Source of the DNA: Clostridia bacterium
GTDB lineage: Bacteria > Bacillota > Clostridia > Acetivibrionales > JAFADI01
Direction: 5' to 3'
Assembly: GCA_026417615.1 (NCBI GenBank)
Contig: JAOACY010000104.1
Span: 37,892 to 101,891, forward strand
DNA: 64,000 bases
A program made the translations under genes and the position numbers. Positions 57,160 through 64,000 of this stretch are shown piece after piece; within the stretch, counting starts at the first letter, position 1; every line of letters starts with the position of its first letter. The notes under the pieces are model-generated. The model saw nothing but the letters and a program-made list of their open reading frames with translations. It was not told where the DNA came from and searched no databases.

Positions 57160-57945
57160 ATGCCTTACTATGAGAAAAAAATAATAAGTGGAGATCTGAT
57201 TGAGATAGAAAGATATTTTGCAACAAAAACAGGAAATAAAATGCCGAGGAGTGTTGGGCTGAATGAAAGTAGCAAGGGGCAAGAGGATTTAAATAATAAA
57301 AATGCACAGAAGAGGTTAATTCGATTGCTGAATGCAAACTTTAGCGGCAAAGCTGGAGATTTATTTGTAACCCTAACCTATAAAGATCCTGTTGAAGAGG
57401 AAGCGGCAAAAAGAGAAGTAACAAATTTCATTAGGAGGGTACGCCGCCACAGAAATAAAAAAGGGCTACCAGAAATGAAATACATAATTATTACTGAAAA
57501 CCAAGGGCGTTGGCATCACCATATTATTATGAATGCTATGCCAATGGAAGATATAACAGAATTATGGGGGCATGGCAGGACAACTATATCAAAAGTTGAC
57601 CAAGCATATAACTTTGAGGATTTAGGGCGTTATCTGATTAAAGGCGAAAAAGCTTCTAAGAATACCCCAGATATTGAGAATGCAAAAGAGAAGCGAAAAA
57701 AGCATTCTCGCAGATGGATAAGTAGCCGTAACCTAACACAACCAATTATTGAGATAAAGGAAATTAAGAAAGGCATAACAAAGACACCGCCGAAAGCTCC
57801 AGAGGGTTATTACCTCCTTCCCGACTGGAGAATAGGAACGGATGTACAAGGCAATTTATATCAATCCTTTAAATGTGTGAAGCTGGAGGAAAAGCCAGTT
57901 AACCATAAAAGCAAAGCAAGGAGGAGGAAAGAAAATGTATTATAG
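57160..57945 (+). CDS. HUH-superfamily rolling-circle replication initiator (Rep)
   Basis: Motif I FVTLTY, motif II WHHHII and motif III LGRYLIK; AGGAGG RBS. Confidence 0.85.
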   Translation: MPYYEKKIISGDLIEIERYFATKTGNKMPRSVGLNESSKGQEDLNNKNAQKRLIRLLNANFSGKAGDLFVTLTYKDPVEEEAAKREVTNFIRRVRRHRNKKGLPEMKYIIITENQGRWHHHIIMNAMPMEDITELWGHGRTTISKVDQAYNFEDLGRYLIKGEKASKNTPDIENAKEKRKKHSRRWISSRNLTQPIIEIKEIKKGITKTPPKAPEGYYLLPDWRIGTDVQGNLYQSFKCVKLEEKPVNHKSKARRRKENVL

Positions 57946-58081
57946 GCAATGTGATATATGCGGATCACACCTTGATCCAAACGAAAAATGCGATTGTCAA
58001 AGTAACAACCAAAGGAGCAATCAAGCAATAAAGGAAAAGCAAGCTCCAGAGAGAAAGGCGGTGCAAAATGAGAAAAAGTAA
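57935..58081 (+). CDS. Small Zn-finger protein, 48 aa, not in ORF track
   Basis: Hand translation MYYRQCDICGSHLDPNEKCDCQSNNQRSNQAIKEKQAPERKAVQNEKK with GGAGGAGG RBS. Confidence 0.75.
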   Translation: MYYRQCDICGSHLDPNEKCDCQSNNQRSNQAIKEKQAPERKAVQNEKK

Positions 58082-58107
58082 AATAAAAATTAGTGAGGGG
58101 GTTAAGC

Positions 58108-59358
58108 ATGGCGAGCATATTTTCAAGGATATTTAAGAAAAAGCCCTCTCCAGAGGGTATTACAACAAGTGCGGAAGTCATAGGAAGCGGCGGGAATGTC
58201 TTTACAGCATGGAGCGGCGATGCATACGCAAATGATATTTACCGAGGAGCGGTTGACAGCATAGCGAGAAACGGTGCGAAGCTAAAAGGCTCTCATGTTA
58301 TCAAATATCAAGAGCATAACAGGGTTGAAGGTGATTGCAAGCTCAATAGAGTATTGCAGATTGAGCCTAACCCTTATATGAGTGCGTTTGATATGCTTTA
58401 CAAGCTCATTACACATTATTTTCTTTACAACAATGCGTTTGCGTTTATTCAGAAAGATAACAAGGGGCAGTTATTAGGCATATACCCTCTTAACCCTCTT
58501 CATGTTGATTTTATGAGTGATGAAAACGCAAATTTGTATTGCAATTTTTTATTTACAGGCGGTAAAGAAGTATTATTGCCGTATACCGACATTATCCATT
58601 TACGCCGCAATTTCAATGATAATGATTTATTGGGGGATCTGAATACTGCCCTCTCTCCTACTCTACAGCTTGCACACACTCAAAACGAGGGAATTATTCA
58701 AGCAATAAAAAGCAGTGCGAATATTAGAGGGATATTAAAGCGTAACCAGCTATCATCAGTGGATAAGCTCAAAGAAATTCAAGAAAATTTTATAAAAGAT
58801 TATCTCAACATTGCTAATAATGGCGGCATTGCGGTTATAGATCAAGGAGCGGAATATATACCGATAGACAACAAGCCCTATGTTATTGACGAAAAGCAAT
58901 TACAGACAGTCAAAACGAAAATATATGATTATTTAGGCATTTCGGAAAAAATCGTAAATAGCAGTTATACCGAGGATGAATGGGCGGCGTTTTATGAAAG
59001 CACTATTGAGCCTTTAGCGGTGCAATTCAGCCTTGAATTTACAAGAAAGCTCTTTAATGATAGAGAGCGGGCGTTTGGTAACTCTATTATGTTTGAGAGC
59101 GGGCGTTTGCAATTTAGTAGCAATGCAACAAAAATAAATCTAATAGCTCAAATTATGCCGTATGGCTTACTTACAATAAATCAAGCATTAGAGATACTTA
59201 ATCTTCCTGCTGTAAACGGCGGCGATATTCGATTACAAACGCTCAATGTAGTTAATGCAGATAAAGCAGAGCAATACCAGCTTAATAATAAAACAATGTC
59301 CGAAACGGACACCGCAAAAGCGAATAATAAAAGTGTGTCCGAAAATAGCACAAAATAA
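58108..59358 (+). CDS. Phage portal protein (HK97 family)
   Basis: L...PNPYMS..D, NNAFA, IYPL.P, IIHLR, FYESTIEP and INQ..E..NLP.V.GGD. Confidence 0.93.
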   Translation: MASIFSRIFKKKPSPEGITTSAEVIGSGGNVFTAWSGDAYANDIYRGAVDSIARNGAKLKGSHVIKYQEHNRVEGDCKLNRVLQIEPNPYMSAFDMLYKLITHYFLYNNAFAFIQKDNKGQLLGIYPLNPLHVDFMSDENANLYCNFLFTGGKEVLLPYTDIIHLRRNFNDNDLLGDLNTALSPTLQLAHTQNEGIIQAIKSSANIRGILKRNQLSSVDKLKEIQENFIKDYLNIANNGGIAVIDQGAEYIPIDNKPYVIDEKQLQTVKTKIYDYLGISEKIVNSSYTEDEWAAFYESTIEPLAVQFSLEFTRKLFNDRERAFGNSIMFESGRLQFSSNATKINLIAQIMPYGLLTINQALEILNLPAVNGGDIRLQTLNVVNADKAEQYQLNNKTMSETDTAKANNKSVSENSTK

Positions 59359-59378
59359 TGATTTTGGAGGTGCATAGC

Positions 59379-59945
59379 ATGAAAGAATTAAGAATTTGCG
59401 AAATAAGAGCAGAAGCGGCGGCAGGTGCGGAAGCTCTTAAATTAGAGGGTATGCCGATTGTGTACGATCAGCCTACCACTATAAACGATCCAAAAGGGCA
59501 GTTTATAGAAATAATCAGATCTGGAGCATTAGACGGAGCGGATCTTACTGACTGCCGCCTACTCTATAACCACGATCTAAACAAAGTACCTTTAGCAAGA
59601 ACGCCTAAAACAATGCAATTTACCAAGAGTGCGGCAGGACTTAAAATGATTGCATCATTGCCAGATACACCAGAAGCCAGAAGCGTACATACGGCAGTAT
59701 TGCGGGGCGACTTATCGGGAATGAGTTTTGCGTTTAAAGTGCCAAAAGGCGGCGACAGGTACGATCCAAAGACCAACACAAGAGAAATCTTGAAAATTGA
59801 GAAGGTTTATGAGGTTAGTGTTGTGCCTTTTCCAGCATACCCCCAAACAAGCGTTGAAGCAAGAGCCACAATGCAACCGCAAAGAAACCAAGCAAAAAAG
59901 CAAGCCATCATAATGGCAAATAAAATTTTAATGAAAGAGGTATAA
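59379..59945 (+). CDS. HK97-family prohead protease
   Basis: F.EII..GA, LYNHD....LART, RGD.SGMSFAF and YEVS.V.FPAY.QT. Confidence 0.95.
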   Translation: MKELRICEIRAEAAAGAEALKLEGMPIVYDQPTTINDPKGQFIEIIRSGALDGADLTDCRLLYNHDLNKVPLARTPKTMQFTKSAAGLKMIASLPDTPEARSVHTAVLRGDLSGMSFAFKVPKGGDRYDPKTNTREILKIEKVYEVSVVPFPAYPQTSVEARATMQPQRNQAKKQAIIMANKILMKEV

Positions 59946-59949
59946 AAAT

Positions 59950-61197
59950 ATGAAATTTAAAACTATTGGAGAAGCTTTTAACCACTACAGAACCGCAACA
60001 TTAGAGGAAATTGAAAAAAGAGCGGGAGAAATCAAAGGATCTATTGAAACAGATGCCGAAGCGGATATTATAGCACTCAATATTGAATTGAGCGGATTGA
60101 AACAGGCAAAGGAAAATCTTTTAAGCAAAGAACCTTCACCAGCTCCAGGACAAAGATCGGCATTTAACCCAATTACAGGCGGCGACATTAAAACTAATCT
60201 CTCACAGGAAGCGGCAGAGGGTGATGTATTTGCAAGCCAAGAGTATAGAAGTGCATTTTTCAAAAGCCTTTTAGGGCAGAAGCTCACAGAAAACGAGAAT
60301 AAAGCTTTTACCAGAGCAATGGAAATTGTAGAAGCTGAAAAAAGAGCGGATGCATTCAATACCGTTACGAGTGCCGCCGCCGTACTGCCTACCGCAACAC
60401 TCAATGAAGTAATTAAGAAAGCCAGAACAATGGGCGGGCTAATATCTGCTTGCCGTAACTTCAATATACCAACCAAAATTAGCGTACCTGTAGGCACTCC
60501 AAGCAATAAAGCAAGTTGGCATACCGAAGGAGCGGCGGTTGAAAGTGAAACGAATACCGTTGCAAGTGTAAGCTTTAGCGGCTATGAAATTTTGAAAGTA
60601 TTCTCTATTTCTGCCGCCGCTAAGAAAATGAGCATTACAGCATTTGAAGCCTACATTGTAGAGGAGCTAAAAAATACAGTTCTGGAGTGTATCGCTGATG
60701 CAATCGTTAACGGCACAGGTGAAGCACAAGGCACAGGCATTTTAGAGGGTATTACATGGACACCAGACGTTAACCATTTCACATTTCATAAGACAAACGG
60801 CTTGAAGTATGCCGATTGCGTGAAGATTGTTGCCGCTTTAAAGCGTGGTTATGCCAACGGTGCAAAGTGGGCTATGAATAACTCTACTCTCTATACTCTT
60901 TTCTATGGGCTTGTTGATACTACAGGCAGACCGATTTTTATAACAGATCCTAAAGCCGAAAATATCGGAAAAATATTAGGATTTGAAGTTATTGTAGATG
61001 ATAACCTTGCAAATGAGGTTATTTTGTTCGGTAACTTTAATTACATGGGCTACAATATCCCAGAAGGAGTTATTATTGAAGTGTCAAGGGAGAGTAGCTT
61101 TAAAAGCGGCTTGATTGACTACAGGGCAATGGCTGTAGCTGATTGTAAACCGATTGTAGAGGAAGCTTTTATTAAGCTTACAAGAGCCACAGTGTAA
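59950..61197 (+). CDS. Major capsid protein (HK97 fold with N-terminal delta domain)
   Basis: Coiled N-terminus, EYRSAF.K.L, W..EG, I.NGTG..Q..GIL, W.MN, GRPIF, ILG..V and FGNF. Confidence 0.92.
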   Translation: MKFKTIGEAFNHYRTATLEEIEKRAGEIKGSIETDAEADIIALNIELSGLKQAKENLLSKEPSPAPGQRSAFNPITGGDIKTNLSQEAAEGDVFASQEYRSAFFKSLLGQKLTENENKAFTRAMEIVEAEKRADAFNTVTSAAAVLPTATLNEVIKKARTMGGLISACRNFNIPTKISVPVGTPSNKASWHTEGAAVESETNTVASVSFSGYEILKVFSISAAAKKMSITAFEAYIVEELKNTVLECIADAIVNGTGEAQGTGILEGITWTPDVNHFTFHKTNGLKYADCVKIVAALKRGYANGAKWAMNNSTLYTLFYGLVDTTGRPIFITDPKAENIGKILGFEVIVDDNLANEVILFGNFNYMGYNIPEGVIIEVSRESSFKSGLIDYRAMAVADCKPIVEEAFIKLTRATV

Positions 61198-61209
61198 AGG
61201 TGTGATTAA

Positions 61210-61488
61210 ATGATACTATCACTTGATGAAGCAAGAGAAATATTAAGGATTGACGGCACAGACAACGACAATATTATAACGTCATTGGTTGAAGCTATAC
61301 CAGATTACATTACACTTACAACAGGGATTAAGCCCGAAGAAATGAGCGGCATTCCTCTTGTAAAGACGGTAGCAAAGTTTATATTGCAATTCTGGTATAA
61401 CGCTGAACAATCAGACGGCGACAGGCTACAACGGACAATAGACAGCCTGTTAAAGACATTATCACTTATGGCGAGTAGGAGCGTGTAA
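61210..61488 (+). CDS. Head-tail connector (gp6-like)
   Basis: LSLDEA...LRID..D.D..I..L..A...YI...TG and 'WY'. Confidence 0.88.
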   Translation: MILSLDEAREILRIDGTDNDNIITSLVEAIPDYITLTTGIKPEEMSGIPLVKTVAKFILQFWYNAEQSDGDRLQRTIDSLLKTLSLMASRSV

Positions 61489-61491
61489 GAT

Positions 61492-62244
61492 ATGGCTAAG
61501 GACTATGCAAGATCGTTTTATGATAGTAGTACATGGAAGAAAACCCAAGCACTCTATTTAAGCAGTCAAAACTATATATGCGAAGATTGCGGCGGCGTTG
61601 CTTGCATAGTCCACCATATCAAGCACATAACGCCAGACAATATTAACGATCCCGATATAACATTAAATTGGGATAACTTAAAGGCGGTATGTACTGAATG
61701 CCATGCGATAGAGCATATGGGAAAGGATGCAAGGCTTAACGGCATTTCGTTTGATGAAGAGGGAAATGTTATCAAGCAACCAAATGTATATCTTATTTGC
61801 GGAAGCCCAGCAAGCGGCAAGACGGCGTATGTCAACAGGAATAAAACAAATAGAGATCTTGTTATAGATTTAGATTTGATTTGTGCGGCTTTAATGGGTG
61901 AAGAAAATAATAATTACTTAAATAACGAGCCAATATTAAGCGTTGCAATTGAAGTTCGTACCCTTCTCTATAGTATCGTAAAAACAAGGCGTGGTAATTG
62001 GGATAAAGCCTATATCATATCAACAATATCCAATATTTTAGAGCAAAAGGCATTAGCAAACGAGCTTAACGCCGAAATTGTTATTATAAATACACCTTTA
62101 GAGGAGTGTATAAGACGGCTACATAAAGACCAACAGCGAGCAGGAAAAATTAAAATGTTAGAGGAGCTAATAAGCAAATGGCATGAAAACTATAATAAAT
62201 CGCTTGAATTTTCAAAGCATCCCCCCTATTCCATCACAGATTGA
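61492..62244 (+). CDS. HNH endonuclease fused to a P-loop (AAA_33-like) domain
   Basis: FY.S..W, CEDCG...VHH...NL..VC..CH..EH, then LICGSPASGKT and D.D. Confidence 0.85.
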   Translation: MAKDYARSFYDSSTWKKTQALYLSSQNYICEDCGGVACIVHHIKHITPDNINDPDITLNWDNLKAVCTECHAIEHMGKDARLNGISFDEEGNVIKQPNVYLICGSPASGKTAYVNRNKTNRDLVIDLDLICAALMGEENNNYLNNEPILSVAIEVRTLLYSIVKTRRGNWDKAYIISTISNILEQKALANELNAEIVIINTPLEECIRRLHKDQQRAGKIKMLEELISKWHENYNKSLEFSKHPPYSITD

Positions 62245-62310
62245 GAGGGGGGCGACACCGTAGGGCGAGGTTTTCCGTACCCCTCCATGAGTTTTCGCAT
62301 AAGGGGAGGG
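62221..62310. other. Candidate cos packaging region
   Basis: GC-rich inverted repeats CCCCCCT/AGGGGGG and CCCTCC/GGAGGG between HNH and terS. Confidence 0.55.
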
Positions 62311-62341
62311 TTAAAAATTGAAGGATATGAGGTGATTTACT

Positions 62342-62695
62342 TTGACAGTTGCCAAAGATAAACAAAACTTGCAGAACATACGAAAACTAAAAAAACTATT
62401 AAGGCTAATTCCAGAGGATCGAAAGGCAATAGGCGAAAAGCTTGTTGAAGAAATCTCTTTTATGTCTGAAACCCTTATGGAGTTGAAAAAGACCGTTTCA
62501 GAGAAAGGCGTTGTAGATCTTTTTGAGCAAGGAAAGCAAAAGTTTATGAGGGAAAGCCCCGCATTGAAAGCATACAATACAACGATCCAACGTTACAGCC
62601 TTTTATATAGACAGCTTACCGATCTATTACCCAAGCCAGAGCCGAGCGACAAGGCAAAAGATGAATTGCTGGAGCATTTACAAGGGAAGGGCTAA
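62342..62695 (+). CDS. terS: Terminase small subunit
   Basis: 'EE..FM..TL..L...V...G....F.QG.Q...RESPALKAYN....Y...Y.QL..LLP'; directly before terL. Confidence 0.8.
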   Translation: MTVAKDKQNLQNIRKLKKLLRLIPEDRKAIGEKLVEEISFMSETLMELKKTVSEKGVVDLFEQGKQKFMRESPALKAYNTTIQRYSLLYRQLTDLLPKPEPSDKAKDELLEHLQGKG

Positions 62696-62698
62696 CGA

Positions 62699-64000
62699 TT
62701 GAATTATCTTTTAGAATACTGGAAAGAGATAGAGGGCGGTAAATGTGTTGTATCGAAGAGGGTTAAAAAACAATATGAGAAGCTTATAGATAACATTGTT
62801 AATCCTAAAGACAAATTTATATTTGATGAAAAAAGAGCGGAAGATCCAATAATTTTTATTGAAAAGTTTTGCAAGCATAGTAAAGGCGAATGGGCGGGAA
62901 AGCCTGTTAAGCTGGAATTGTTTCAAAAGGCGTTTATATCTGCTCTTTTTGGCTTCATAAACAAAGATACAGGATTAAGACAATACCGAGAAGCTATGTT
63001 TTATGTAGCAAGGAAAAACGGTAAAAGTACAATGCTTTCGGGAATTGCTCTATATATGCTGATTGCCGATAATGAAATGGGATCAGAAGTCTACAGCACT
63101 GCAACCAAGAAAGACCAAGCGAAGCTAATATTTGATGAAACGCATAACATGATTAAACAAAGCCCTTGCTTACGGAAGCATATAAAGAAGCGGAAAACAG
63201 ATATATACTTCCCCCTCACCCTCTCCAAGTTCCAAGCATTGGGAAAGAATAGCGACACCTTAGACGGCTTAAATGCTCATTGCGTTATTATTGATGAATT
63301 ACATGGAATTAAAGACCGTAACCTATACGAAGTTATGAAACAGTCGCAGAGTGCAAGGCGGCAACCATTACTAATAATGATAACAACGGCGGGAACGGTT
63401 AGAGAGTGTATTTTTGATGATATGTATTCCTATGCTTGCAATATAGTTGACGGAAATTTTATAGATAACAGCTTTTTACCTATCCTTTACGAATTAGATA
63501 ATCGGGAGGAGTGGACATATCCAGAAGCATGGCAGAAAGCTAACCCAGCTTTAGGAACAATTAAGAAGCTGGACGATATGAGAAGTAAAATTAGCAGAGC
63601 CGAGAATAGCCCCAATGATTTAAACGGAATATTGGTAAAGGATTTTAATATAAGAGATACCATAAATACAGCATGGTTAACCCTTGATGATATTATAAAC
63701 GAGGAAACATTTGATTTATCGCAATTTTGTGATTATTACGCTATTGGGGGAGCGGATCTTTCAATTACAAATGATTTAACGTGTGCCACTCTGCTAATGA
63801 TGGATAAAGCAACGCAAAAGAGGTATGTAACCCAAATGTATTGGCTACCCAAAGAGAATTTTGAGAAGCGGGTTAAAATAGACAAGATCCCCTATGACAA
63901 ATGGCACGAAAGAGGGCTATTAAGGCTATGTAATGGAAATACAATTAACTACGGCGATATTACAGCATGGTTTATTGAAATGGCTAACCAATATAAGATA
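62699..64000 (+). CDS. terL: Terminase large subunit (truncated by the window end; not in ORF track)
   Basis: Hand translation from TTG 62699: MNYLLEYW...FIEKFCKHSKG...LELFQKAF...YVARKNGKST...LDGLN....IDELH...ITTAG...W.KANP.LG...GGADLS. Confidence 0.95.
   Translation, partial: MNYLLEYWKEIEGGKCVVSKRVKKQYEKLIDNIVNPKDKFIFDEKRAEDPIIFIEKFCKHSKGEWAGKPVKLELFQKAFISALFGFINKDTGLRQYREAMFYVARKNGKSTMLSGIALYMLIADNEMGSEVYSTATKKDQAKLIFDETHNMIKQSPCLRKHIKKRKTDIYFPLTLSKFQALGKNSDTLDGLNAHCVIIDELHGIKDRNLYEVMKQSQSARRQPLLIMITTAGTVRECIFDDMYSYACNIVDGNFIDNSFLPILYELDNREEWTYPEAWQKANPALGTIKKLDDMRSKISRAENSPNDLNGILVKDFNIRDTINTAWLTLDDIINEETFDLSQFCDYYAIGGADLSITNDLTCATLLMMDKATQKRYVTQMYWLPKENFEKRVKIDKIPYDKWHERGLLRLCNGNTINYGDITAWFIEMANQYKI

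Larger units (their letters stand above)
52830..64000. mobile_element. Integrated phage satellite/prophage, capsid-forming PICI-like (continues beyond the window)
   Basis: Integrase, divergent XRE pair, Rep, portal, protease, capsid, connector, HNH, terS and terL in about 11 kb; candidate att at 52833-52840. Confidence 0.85.

Noticed and set aside
684-62926. Many antisense or overlapping ORFs in the track (e.g. 4985-5617, 22118-22753, 24262-24819, 48283-48855, 59985-60506)
   Set aside because: They lie opposite well-supported genes, and I saw no recognisable motifs in them; treated as shadow ORFs.

Overview
Chromosomal window from a spore-forming, Clostridia-like Firmicute, judged from its sporulation and germination genes and type A RNase P RNA. 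Most genes are on the - strand. 1-34 kb is largely core: an acyl-CoA carboxyltransferase/biotin carrier operon, aguAB, rluB, scpAB, trpS, lysA, a MoxR/DUF58/DUF4350/DUF4129/SpoIIM-like/RDD cluster, dacF, pdp, deoB, xerD, spoIIM, nudF, rnhA, proC, a ger operon, tRNA-Trp and tRNA-Pro. 34.4-47.7 kb is a C-P lyase (phn) phosphonate cluster with Pho-box-like repeats and two extra coupled genes. 47.7-52.8 kb holds a cysteine desulfurase, an ECF S-component preceded by an unassigned attenuator-like RNA and a TM1266-family gene, rnpB with a heptamer-repeat insertion, Nif3 and trmK. From 52.83 kb to the end is an integrated phage-satellite-like element that runs off the window: serine recombinase, cI/cro switch, HUH Rep, portal, protease, HK97 capsid, connector, HNH-ATPase, terS and terL, with no tail genes seen. 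A 195-bp inverted-repeat element with two GGA-loop hairpins and five decayed copies is scattered through intergenic regions. All calls come from reading motifs by eye; no database searches were run.
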